Positions 52,526 to 64,000 of a DNA stretch of 64,000 nt are shown piece by piece; the first letter of the stretch is position 1; the number at the start of each line of letters is the position of its first letter. The stretch is from Camelus dromedarius (lineage: Eukaryota), in assembly GCF_036321535.1 (NCBI RefSeq), contig NC_087436.1:11656001-11720000 (forward strand), read 5' to 3'. Under the pieces are notes generated by a model that worked only from the letters and a program-made list of their open reading frames with translations, did no database searches and was not told the DNA's origin. The position numbers were made by a program, and so were the translations under genes.

Positions 52526-53983
52526 GGGTTACTGGGGTGGCCACTGGGATACGGAGAAACTGGTACAGGGTAGAGCTGTAGAAAAACTGTGACAAACCCT
52601 TGGGACCATGTTTAGTTTGAGTTGGTAAGTAGATATTCAGGCTGTGATATTTGTGGATGGAGCACGTGCATCGGATTCAAGCTGCGTGTCAGGGTGCATT
52701 TGGCTGTCGCCTGTCTGCCGTGGTCCACGTCCGCTCTCTCAGCTGACAAAATGGGAATAGGTAGTAGGGGGTTAACGGGAAAGACCAATTAACGAAGAGG
52801 ATCATAAAAAATGAAGCATGCAAGCACACTTTAAATAATTTATTTAAACCTAAGACATAAGTATACATTCATCCATTGGTTGGTGGTTGGTGGTTGGAAC
52901 GAGCCCGTCTCACCACACTGTTTTCTACCCTTTGAGTCTCTTTAAAGTGACAGGGTTTTGAACAAACCTAAGAGCAGACTGTTTAGGGGTTTTTCTCTCT
53001 TCCTCAGTCCTTCACTGTTTTCTCACTCATACCTAATCCCAATTTAACAATCCAGCTGTTTCTAAAGCATTCAACTTTTTCCTATTCTTGTACTTATCAG
53101 TTTACTTTCTTAAAAAATTAATTACATAACTAAAGTAAAAGTGGCATGGACATTTTGTGACACACCTGACTGACTCTTGGTGTGTGCACCCAACCCAGCG
53201 ATGAGAGAAATGAGAAATGGGAGAAAAGGGGAAAATGGGGGAGCTGTGAGACCAGTTGCAGCCCCGCCAGGTGCCAGGCTCCCTCCTAACTGGGCACTTC
53301 TCAGCGAGGACAGGGAGATAGTTGAGCAGAGGACTGTCAGAGAATGTCCTCCTTGCTCACCGGAAATGCCCGCATTGGTGCTGGGAGTTCAGAGGAAGAA
53401 GGAGGGATTCTGAAGCCGGCGCATCTGGGTGGGGCTGCGGTGCTGGTAAGAGGTACCACGGTTGGCGTGTGTCCCAGCAGGGAGCCAACGGGAGCAGAAG
53501 GCTTCGTTCATGGAGCACGTCTCTTGTGCCCGCCTCCTTGCAGGCTTTAGTTCATGGAAGGCTTCTCGTGTCCCTCATTTTCGAGTGAGCAACTTGAAAC
53601 AACTTCATTGAACAACTTCTGGAAGCCAGTAGACCTGGGATTAGAACGCTGTTCTGTCAAACCTCAGTATCAGTCTCTGGAACCAGTGCTCCTCAATCTT
53701 ATTTGGCATCAGAATCACCAGGAGAGGATGGGGGGTGGGGAGAGCTTATTCAAAGGCAGATTTCCAAGCCCCAGCCCCAGAAAACTGGATTCAACTGGTC
53801 TGGAATGCGGCCATGCTCACCAAGTGATTCTGATGCAGAAGGTTCCGGAACACTGAAGGGCAGTACCACACTGCCTCTCTGGGGAAGCCCAGAGAAGGGC
53901 CAGCCAGAGAGGGGCGCTGCTGAGTGAGGAATGGGGACTGGAGAGGGAAGAGTGGTTTGCTGGAGCCAATTCATAACAATTTG

Positions 53984-54402
53984 TGTCGAAGGAAAATCAA
54001 ATAAAGTTGGTGTTGCTAAGACAGCTCTAAAATGGAGCCAGGAGGCCACTGAGGAAGAGGTTCTGGGTGAAATCTGACCTTCCAACCACTTGCTGTCTTA
54101 ACACCAGCATCCAGAACGTCTGCCCAATGTTCTAGAAACTCAAGATGCTTATTGGACCCTCACCCTGAATAACTCTGGCAGCCCAGCCCTTAAAGGCAAA
54201 TACCTCCCTCCTGCACTGGGGTCGGTCGTAATTCTTGCCAGACAACTTCCATAACCTTGTGGCTTTCGCCCTCATGAGCCCCTGACTCTTTCTCTCCCCT
54301 GAACCCTCTCTCAGTTTTACCTGAATCTGTATCTCCAGAATTGTTAATAACCCCAAATAAACTCTTTTCTGGTTTGCAGTCTTCTGTGTTTCTTGGTTGA
54401 CA
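53984..54402 (+). mobile_element. Solo LTR, ERV1-like
   Basis: tgtcga...ggttgaca termini, aaaatggag motif, AATAAA near 54356; interrupts the hAT element; no clean TSD seen. Confidence 0.6.
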
Positions 54403-54898
54403 CTGACAAGAGCCAATTGTTAAAATTGAAGGAATTTGAGTCACTTGTTAAACACAGCCATTGTTTATAAAAAAAAAATTATATAAGCTTGCAATTATAT
54501 GAAAAACAAAGGCAATAAATACTCAAAATTTATGACTTCTTCATTATGCTGCCACATGTCATTATCCTCTGTGTTCTCCATGCTGTCTGCCGTGTCTGTG
54601 TGGGGGAGATGCTAATTGTGTTTGTTAGCCCCAACCTCTGCAGCTTGAGACAACAAACATTCTCTAACAGTTTCTGTAGCTGGGAATCTGGTGCTGCCTG
54701 GGGCTGAAAGATCTGCCCCCGTGGTTGTTGACAGGCCTCAGAAACTCACGGCGGCTGGACTGTGGACGTCCGTCTGTCCCTCTCAGGCTGTTCTGCAGAG
54801 GACTCCCTCAGTCCCTGCTGCGTGAGTGTTTCTACAACACGGCAGACAACTTGCCCAGGACGAGTGAAACGAGAAAGAGAGGGAGAGGGTCTTGTTAT

Positions 54899-55417
54899 TG
54901 TTGTCGAGTCCAAACTCGTTATGCTCACCACACGACAGGCTAATAAACCGGGAGATGAGGTGTTGGGGCAAGGAATAATGACTTTATTTGGAAAGCCAGC
55001 AGACTGAGAAGATGGCAGACTAATGTCCTGGAGAACCATCTTCCCCAAGTCAGAATTTAGGCTCCTTTTATACAAAAAAGGGGAGGGGACGTGGTTGGTT
55101 GTTGCAGACTTTCTGGTGTTGGAATCCTTGTTCTTGCCCTGTCCACCTGGGTCAGATCATGGTGCCCCTGTAAACCTCCAACAAAACAAACATTATTTTC
55201 TATTCTACAACTTGTTCTCTTTATATGAATGGAAAAGTGTTAATATCCTTAAAGGTCAGAGCCTAGAGGATGGGCTCTCCTGGATGTTTCAGCCTCTAGG
55301 CAACATTCTTTTACAAAAGGTGTAGAACCAGCACGACTAAGCCTAGGAAACGGAGCACAGGGTTAAAGCCAAAGGAACAGATGTAATATGGAGTCAGATT
55401 TGTTCTTTTCTATTACA
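54899..55417 (-). mobile_element. Solo LTR, ERV1-like, nested in an MLT1 (MaLR) LTR spanning about 54615-55570
   Basis: TG...CA termini; perfect 4-bp TSD ttat 54895-54898 / 55418-55421; minus-strand TATA (cttttatac) and AATAAA (actttattt). Confidence 0.85.
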
Positions 55418-58149
55418 TTATCACCTAAATTTGGTAGGTACATCCCATCACTTCTGCCAAATTACCTTCACTAGAAGCGAGTCACTAAGTCCTGTGGATG
55501 CTCAAGCAGAAGGGAAGTAAGCTCCCCCGTGAAAGGGAGGAGTGTAAAGAATTTGCATAAGGGTGTGCTGCCACCTATCTCTTCTCAAGCTGTGTCTGGT
55601 GACGTCACATCGGCCATTTGAAATCAGCCACGGTGGGAATATTTACCCTGTGGAAATCAGCAAACACTCTAAACCCGGTTTTATCCCCCATGGAGAGCTG
55701 AGTGTCAGACATTTACCATCAAATCACTGGACAGATAGATATAAAGTGGTAATGTCTACAGCACTTTTGTGGAGTAGATGAGTTTCAGACAGGACTTTGG
55801 AAGGAGGGAATCAAAGGTTTGGGAGATAGGAAGAGGTAGCTTCTGAATCTGAAAAGTAGTAGGGGTGATGCGGGAAGTGGAGGTTAAGGGAGCTTCAGTT
55901 GGTCCTTATGGATGCTCAGAAGTGAGATGAGCAACAGAACTCTCTCTTTTCTGTGTGCATGCACATGCATGATTTAAAATGTGGGTGCACGCTACGTTTA
56001 ACTATGGGTGCACAGAGTCCAATGCATTAGACAATCAGTATGCAAGATTTCCTACCCAGGAATCAGGATGGGTATGTAACCGTTCACATAATTGCCTCGG
56101 AAGCCACAAACAAATGACATAGGCTGCAGTGAAGCTGACCTACAGTAAAATCACCCAGAAGTTCAAAGACCTAGTTTTAACTCCTCTGAACTGATTCCTT
56201 GGTGTGTGCGGTGTGCCCGCGAGTAACTGACAGTCTCAATCATCTATCAGGTATGCAAGAGCATCTCTCAAAAAGAAAACTTCCAGAATCATAGTATTTT
56301 AGATTTAAAAAGACTTTGGAAATCACATGGGACAGTATTTCTCAAAGTATGTTTGTCAGTCAAACATCAAAATCTGAGCTACCTGGAGTTCTTGTTAAAA
56401 CCTGGAACCTTGTTAATACCTGAACCCCCGCCTCAGATCTACTGCATCGGTCAGGGCTTGGGAATCTGCACATTTTATTAATTCTCTAGATGATTGTGCT
56501 GCACTTGAATGAATCCAGATCTTCCATTTTGTAGATAAGGAAAACCAGTTTCTAAGATTACAAAAGACTCCCCTCAAATGAGACCACATTGCTGGGAGGA
56601 TTCCACCCATTTACAAAAAAGTAAAAAACAAAAACAAAAACAATCCATAAAATTGAGATTTGGGACAAAATAGAAAACACACCCTTTATCTGAAGAGAAG
56701 CTTAAGGGCAACACAGGATTTTACTGACTCATATGATGTTTACGTGTGTTCTTACCAGTATGTGACCCACCTAGCCACAAATCAGTGTGGTTACCTTAAA
56801 TTGCTAACATGAAACTCTTGACCTTCCCCTTCTGAAGTTATGGTTTTGGCTACTCTGTTTTCTTTTTCAAGGTTTCCAAGGTTGCTCTTTTGGGCATGAT
56901 TTTAGAAATCTAATTATAGCTTTGGTTGCAAACTTCTGGGGACCATGTAATCAAACTGAGACTAACCATAGAGGAAAATATACAAGGTTCTTGCATTGTC
57001 ATTCCTGCACTGAAAAGGAAAACGGCTGGGTGCAAATTCAACTGAGTGGCATGTCTTTGTAGCGGCAGCTTTCCCCCCAAAATCTCCCAAAAAAGATCTA
57101 TGCTGCTGTGGGAAACAGAGGAGTTTGAAACCAGTCTCTCTAGCAGCATTTTTTTCTTTTTTTGAGCCAATAAAATCATTTATACTTTCTCCAGGAGAAA
57201 GTTTTTATTCAGTGCACTGCATGTTAGGCATGTGGAGAAAGAGTGAATTAAGAAAAAAACTATGTCTAACATGAAAAAATTATCCACATGATGTCCAGTT
57301 TCTCTGCTTGGTTGAAATGGATTATTTATTTAGATTTGTACTATTTTTGAATCCAAATGGCAACCTCTTCAGAATAACATCTGCTCCAGATTTCTTCCTG
57401 GACTACAAATCCTGTGTAAAGGATGGGTATTTAATGCTGTAAATGATTTTATATTTTTGCAATAACTTTGGGAGGGGAACCCAGATACTATCTCCCACAA
57501 TCAGAGTTTTCTTTCTATAACAGGATTTGATCTTTCATTTATTTTTTCTTGGAAGAAGTTTCTCCAGCCCCAATCCAGCCTTCAGTTGGACTGCAGTCCA
57601 ACATCTTAGTTACAACCAGGTAAGAGACCATGAGCTCAAATCACCCAGATAAGCTGCTCTGGAAAGATTTAACCTTAATACCAGACTAAATCCTGTGTGC
57701 AGCTCTCCCAGCTGTACTGTTTCCCCCACAGGAGTAACAGAGGGGGTTGGCAAAGGCACTGGCACATGACATTGTCTTTCCTGTGCTTCCCCCCCACCCC
57801 GTTAGAATCCAGGAATATGATTAAATACAGTTAAAGACAGTATCTGCGAATGGATAGAATGCATTTTTAGTTTCTTAAACCTCTAAATCACAGGGCACAA
57901 TGTTCTGTTTTCCAGGCAGAACTTGCAATGAATGAACATCCAACCCGTGGGTTTGTGTTTGGACTATCAATACAGTTATTAAAGACACATCACGGGGAGA
58001 AGGCAAGTGGCTGCCAATACTTCCTTTGTGTTTCTTTTTTTCTGGAATATTCTCTAATTTTTGGCGCATCAAGATGGAAACCTGGTCGGCTTGGCATGGA
58101 TGGCAGTTTAAAAGGCTGCACTCCCAATCCCAGAGTGTTTTTTTCCCCA

Positions 58150-59320
58150 CGCAGCGTCACGGGTCTCTCAATGACAGCAGCGTGCCCACACCCGACCTTA
58201 GCTGTCATCCCACCTGGGTCGTCCCGGCGCCATTTGGCTCTGACGTGGCCCCGAGCCCGCAAATCGCGCAGCAGCCCCCGGTTATCCGCGAATCCGGCTG
58301 GCGGAGCCGCCCTCCCGGCCCCGCCCGCCCGGGGCCCCGCCCGGCTCCTCGCCGCCTCCCCAGCGTCCCGCGCTCGGCGGCCGTGCGTCTTGCGCTCCGC
58401 TCCGCTCCGCTCCGGCGTCGCGCTCCCGACTCCTCGCTCTGCTCCTCGCTCCCGGCCGCCGGGAGGCGAGGCGAGGGGACCCGCCGGCCGTGCGCCCCGA
58501 GGCGCCGGGCACACGGGAGGCCGCGCGGAGACGCGGGGCGCGATGGCGGGGCGAGGGGGCCGCGCGCTGCTGGCGCTGTGCGGGGCGCTGGCCGCCTGCG
58601 CGTGGCTGCTGGGCGCCGAGGCCCGGGGGGCCGCGGGGAGCGCGGCGGGCGCGAGGCGGCGCCGGCGGCCGCAGGAGGACGGCATCCCTTTCGAGTACCA
58701 CCGCTACCCGGAGCTGCGCGAGGCGCTGGTGTCCGTGTGGCTGCAGTGCGCCGCCGTCAGCAGGATCTACACGGTGGGGCGCAGCTTCGAGGGCCGCGAG
58801 CTGCTGGTGCTCGAGCTGTCCGACAACCCCGGCGTCCACGAGCCGGGTAAGGGCGCCGCGCGGGGTGGGCTGGCGCTGGGGGAGGAGGGAGAGGGGGCCC
58901 GTGGCGCCTTCTGCGCCGGGGCGCCTGGGCTGGAAGGTGGGTCGTGGAGGGAGGGTTGGGGATGGGGCTTGCCGGCTCCTAGTCTCTGCCGTCCGCCCTC
59001 CCCAGCCCCGAGGACACCCGTGGGTGGGTGGGGGGAGCACAGGCCCGAGGGGCTGCGGCGGGTGGAGGTACGGGCGCAGAGTCGCTGTCACCCCCACTTC
59101 GCAGCACCGGAGACCGCAGGGAATAACTGAGAGGCCTCAGGGAGGAGGTCGACCTTCCTTGCAAACGGGAGTAGAAGGATAAGGTGCAGAAGGCGGGGAC
59201 TCAGAGAAAATGAGTAGAAGTTTCCTAATTTCCAGAGGACCCAGTAATTGTACTGCGTGCTGGGGGCTCTGCCTACCCATCTCTACCTGTATGTGCGCAT
59301 TCGGTACACGCGCTGCTGGA
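58150..59320. promoter_or_regulatory. CpG island / TATA-less CPE promoter
   Basis: Very GC/CpG-rich; GC boxes near 58318-58342; TGACGTGG 58241-58248; (GCTCC)4 58394-58413. Confidence 0.9.
58543..58846 (+). CDS. CPE: Carboxypeptidase E exon 1 (signal peptide, pro-peptide with penta-Arg, start of M14 domain)
   Basis: gcgATGG Kozak; [27 protein letters not shown]...[32 protein letters not shown]...SDNPGVHEP(G)|gtaagg; intron 1 runs past the window end. Confidence 0.97.
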
Positions 59321-60821
59321 ATGCTCAGGGAATGTTAAGGATCTTGGCAACACTGGCTGGTAGAGGGTGAGAAAGTGGCCTCTGGCAGGCATTCTGATTT
59401 TGAAACTGCACAGTCTTTATACGGAAAAAGGAATATTTCATTTTCTCTGCTTTAGCCCTTTGAAATGAGTAGCTTGTGACCAGGTTTTTTTCCCCGACGG
59501 CTGTTCCCAGATGGCCGTTTTATGCATCTTCCTCCTGAGTGTGTTAGGGCACGTTTTCATTTATGTTAAATGTTATGTATTTGGCATTAATAAAGAGGTA
59601 TTGTAAAAAACGTCCTTGGTGCTTCTTTTTCATTGCTCTTCAGGAATGCTGTAACTCCTAAAGCCTGGTCTTATGATCCTGAAGGTACTGTTGAAGTAAT
59701 CTGGGCTAGTGAGACATCAGCGTGGCATGCCTGATTTTTTTTTTAAAGGATAAAGAAAGCGAGAAAACAGGTAAAAATTCTCAGTGTAGGGCCAGAATAG
59801 TTTCATAATGATATTGAAGAACCAGGCTGAGAAGGGATTAAAATAGGTGACCCGTGGAGACACTTTGGTTTTCAAACGGAAAGTGTATGGGGTTGACTAA
59901 TAATAGATCTTCAAACAGGAAATATTTCTTACCTTCAAAAAATGTAAATGAAAAGATTTGTATAATTTTGCTGCCCAAACCCTAAAATCAGATTCTAGAA
60001 AGCATTTTCTATAATGCACCCCAGCAGGATTCAATTGGATATTTTGGAAATTAGACTCATACTTGCATCTGAAGATAAGGACATTTTTTAATGTGACAGC
60101 TCATTTTCGGTTATTTCAGATTTTTGACCAAAGTCAAGACATCCTAGGCTCAGAGAAAGCTAATCTAAATATTTGTGATTCTCCTCCCTACTTAAATAGA
60201 ACCGTTGGTTGTTTTGTTGTAGATTGCGCCTCAAATTTTGTTAATTCTTTCTTCAAAGAGATGATATAAAAGCTAATGTTAACTTTTTGTGGTCTTGCTT
60301 CAAGTTTAGAAATAAAATTATATATAAAGTGATATTACTGTTAGAATGTGATATGCTTTTGAAAATGAAAACCGTAATTCTTTTGCTCGAATATCTGGAA
60401 CGTAGAGTCTGTCAGGATCTGTAGGTTCCTCTCAGACTGCAGGCCCGATGCCGTAGGGCTGTGTCTCCAGCGCCCAGCCTGGGTCAGGTACAGAGCAGGT
60501 GCTTAGTACACATTAGGGGAAAAGTGAGTCAGTCATTTGCTGAGTAACACAGTGCCTTAAATGTTTAATTCTTTGTAAACACAAGATACACAGGTTTAGT
60601 TCATTTTAAGAAGGTGAACAAAGAAATGTTTACATTATGTGCTTTATAAGTCCTTGTGAAATGAAGGAAACTTTTAAGTTCATGATATTACTTAATAGAT
60701 AGAATGCAAACTGTCTACCCATTGTAGGGTTTTTTGTACCCTAAAAAAACCACAGGATGATTTCACCCCCCACTCCCCAACCTTTTAAGAGGAGATAGTA
60801 GGTTGGAAATCTTTGGAGAAC

Positions 60822-61213
60822 TGTTAAAAAAATTCAACTTAGTAAATTTTAAAGATCTTATTTATTCATGATTCATTAATTCTCAATGATTCATGAATTG
60901 AACATCATTCAATCTAACAGACGGAAAGGTGTTCCTAGGAGTTGTACAAAATGAAAGACTTTGATAGGCAGAAGGGAGCAGGACCAAGGAAGTTACATCA
61001 GGCAGAAAAAAAAAACAAGAACAAAATGGATTGGTTATTGCAAAGTTACTTTCTTTTAGGGGGTGGCAGGGGTCCGTGATTACCTCGCTTGTGCTGAGTG
61101 CACGATTCCTGATTGGCTGGTTTAAGAGTTCATTTTTGGGATGTAATTAAGTTTGGTGATGTGGGGCTTAGCATAAGTGACTCCATTTTGGGCCTGTTGT
61201 GTTGTTTTTAACA
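60822..61213 (-). mobile_element. Solo LTR, ERV1-like, in CPE intron 1
   Basis: Inverted termini tgttaaaaa...tttttaaca; gactccattttg motif; TSD not recognisable. Confidence 0.6.
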
Positions 61214-61845
61214 CTAGCAAATGCAGAGATCTGGTCAGTTTGATAGTATTTATATGAATTAACTTTATAGGAAGTTTTGAATAAAGGAAAATATTCACCA
61301 TTCTTAAATGGCTTTCAGATTCCTTTTAGATGCAAATATTTTAAGGAATGAGAAAGGAATACCCATATTTATTTTGAGATTGAAGTGGATGCATTCAGTG
61401 TCTTTTGAACACCTGCACACTCTAGGTGAGCCAGGCTGTCGGGGCTGTATAGTGGTCCACAAGGTGGTCCTTGCCCTGTGGGGGACTGAGAATTGGCAGG
61501 TTGGAGGACAGTGTAAAGGTGGTCAGGGCTGCAAGAAGAGAGTGAGAGGACCGAAGAAAGGGGACTGTGGACCTTAGGTCAGGGGCATTTGGCAATTGAA
61601 GAATGGCTGACAAGAAGGCAGGGATGTACAGATCACTGAAATTCACCAGTTCCAGGGTAGCTCATACAGATGTATGTTTTCACAGAGCTGCTTTTGAAAG
61701 AGGGCAACTCTCATAAGTATTTTCACATTATAGGTTTTTTTTGGAGGGTTGAAATCATGTTTCTGATTAAGCTATTCAGAAATAACATTTAGCTTAACAA
61801 ATTTATTTTCTTGACTAAAACTTTGATGAAGTTGCCCATATTCAT

Positions 61846-61975
61846 TTTTTTGGTTTTTTTGTTTTGGGGGAGGGTAATTAGGTTTGTTTGTTTGTTTAGA
61901 TGGAAGGACTGGGGATTGAACCCAGGGCTTCATGCACACTAAGCGTGTGCTGTACCACTGAGCTATAGCCCCCCA
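61846..61975 (-). mobile_element. tRNA-Ala-like SINE
   Basis: A/B box head; perfect 11-bp TSD cccatattcat 61835-61845 / 61976-61986. Confidence 0.9.
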
Positions 61976-64000
61976 CCCATATTCATGTTATCTTCCAACA
62001 GAGAGAGATGTCAAGTTTTTTAGTTTCCTTAATCTAAATTCTCTTTCTGAACTTTAAAAACATGTAACTGACTTCTAAGTATTTAGTTGTCATAATAGAA
62101 AAACTCTCCAAAACAAAACAGCATGTATACATAAAGCCTTTCCGTGTGTTAGAACTGGGGGGTGAGAAGTTGACGAGGGTAGATTTGCAGACTGTGGACA
62201 GATGGCGCCCCTTGACCCCACCAACTCCCTTCCTGAGCAGAAAGAAGTGATTATTGTACTTGTTTGGTACCAGGCCATGGGCTGAATTTAAACTGAACTC
62301 CTGAAAAGCGATCAGTTTTCTCAGATACTCCACTTCTGAATTCATCCAGAGGGAAGGAAAGTTGCACTGGGAGTTGATTAGGGAGGAACATTCACACCTA
62401 TTCTGTCAGCTTGATTCCTGACTGGCTGGATGTTGCGCGTCTCGCATGTCATCTTGTATCACTTGGAGGCCTGCAAAAATCTCCTGGGGGAGGGCGGTGG
62501 GTCTCAGCCATTCTCAGAAGACTTGGTCTCATCCCCTCACACATCATGAATCTGAACCCCAGACACGGGACTGGGATGGAGTCTGGGCTCGGATTGAGTC
62601 TCTGCACTCAGATGTGTTCCCCTGAGATATGAGACCTGCCAAGCCTGGTCATGTTTCCCACTTTTCTTTCTGTTAGCTCATATTTTATACATTTAAGATA
62701 TTTCTACACATAGGGACTCCTGTGCTCAGACCCAAATATATGCTCTCCTGGGCATGCATATCCATCATTGCAATACTCATAAAAGAAACCTTTGTTAATT
62801 TATGTCTAAGCGGTGGAGTCCATATTCCCAGACAAATATTCCGAGAGTTACATATGAGTTAAGATTAGTTTGTTTAAAACACAAATTCTTTTACATGTAG
62901 TTTGATTGCTCTTGGGGAGTAAATCTGATTTATAGCTAAAATGCTATCTCAGAAACATTCTTCACAGCATAGATTTTTCTCTTTCAAAGGCTGGAATGAT
63001 TATTTTGGACTGGTTCCTCCCCAAATCTGTTCAGATTTAAAGTGTATGAATGCCAGTGTGCATTTGCCAAATATTGTGATGGAACATTAAATACTGGCAA
63101 AATTTCTATAGTGCTCAAAAAAAAAAAAAAAAAAAAAAGGAAGTGGGGATGTTGGTTATTTTGTATGGCTTCTTTTCCTGCAAGATGAGTGTGTATTAGT
63201 GGGAAGTGACTACAGCTGAGTAACACCTTATTGATGTTAGATTCTGGAGAAGGGTCTAGAGGTACCACATGTGGTTGAGCGTTATTTTTAGACCCAAGTG
63301 AGTCAGTGTAGTTCTTGCCAGAAATAATGTACTTGATTGACTTGTGATTGGCTAAAGGAAGAGAGGAAATTGGGCTGGCCCCTAACATATCCTGTGCTCA
63401 GACAAAATGTGTCTTCCTATGAAACTGATTTGAGAGGCGGCAAAGGAGTCAAATGCGAGCACCTCCCTCAGGGCATAGCACAGGGGTGGAACACCCACCC
63501 CTTATGGTTCTTGGTGAAAGATATTTTTGACAAATACAGAAAAGAGTCCCAGTAAGTGGAGGGGTAGGGGACACAGAACCCAGCTTTTCCCAAAGCGGAT
63601 TCAGTGGAACATTTGTTCAGCTTGGTTTAAGTCTTTGCTAAACCAAGATAAACAGGTTTGTATATTCCAGGACTTAGCAGAGCCCTTCATATGCTGATGT
63701 ATGGCTCAGATCTCCAACGCAGATGTATACTGCACAGTATTTTCCAATCTTTCTTCCCCTGGGAGCTTATCTTGTACCTGCTGTTAGACTAGGTGGAGAA
63801 GCACAGCGGTCTAGTTCATCATCATTCATCATCATATTGCGAAGTTTAGTTTAATAATTCTCCAGCAGAGCCCAGTCAAACAGGGAGCTCCCCAGGGATG
63901 GGGAGCAGATGGTTTCCATTTTTTTTTTTTTTGCCCATCAACGGCTAACATAGTGATTTACGTAGCGTAAGCTCTTAAGTTATGCTTATTGAATTGAGAA

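Larger units (their letters stand above)
53950..55729. mobile_element. MER63-like hAT DNA transposon split by nested LTR insertions
   Basis: Left end agtggtttgctggagcc, middle agagccaattgttaaa...aaacacagccatt, right end acatttaccatcaaatcactg; family recognised from memory. Confidence 0.65.

Noticed and set aside
57928..59130. 400-aa ORF extending CPE upstream and into intron 1, plus overlapping 230-274 aa ORFs on both strands
   Set aside because: Stop-codon scarcity in a CpG island. Only 58543-58846 resembles CPE; upstream ATGs lie before the probable promoter core and would bury the signal peptide.
62190..62212. CTCF- or REST-like motif (ggacagatggcgc) in CPE intron 1; similar partial CTCF match near 53904-53917
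   Set aside because: Only half of the consensus matches; not supportable without a PWM scan or ChIP data.

Overview
Mammalian genomic DNA with three + strand genes in tandem. (1) The last seven coding exons and 3'UTR of KLHL2 (Kelch propeller, ends GVTVIDKPL*, stop at 18504). (2) The complete MSMO1/SC4MOL gene: CpG-island promoter with SRE, CCAAT and GC boxes at about 22.5-22.9 kb, a non-coding exon 1, and five coding exons giving 882 nt / 293 aa. (3) The CpG-island promoter, exon 1 and start of intron 1 of CPE (carboxypeptidase E). Seven copies of a tRNA-Ala-like SINE and an artiodactyl-type CPE pro-region suggest a camelid genome (inference). The rest is L1, LTR, Tigger/hAT and MIR/L2 debris. 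I found no convincing wholly new gene or system. The most interesting signals are: a sharply local GC/CpG spike over two KLHL2 exons that looks like GC-biased gene conversion and may change amino acids; an adjacent weak GC 5' splice site; inverted SINEs bracketing MSMO1 exon 5; a doubly deleted L1 that keeps both ends and its TSD; a perfect 26-bp intronic palindrome; and a nested TE stack carrying an intact CRE upstream of CPE. Repeat family names, exon numbers and ortholog comparisons are from memory, not from a search.
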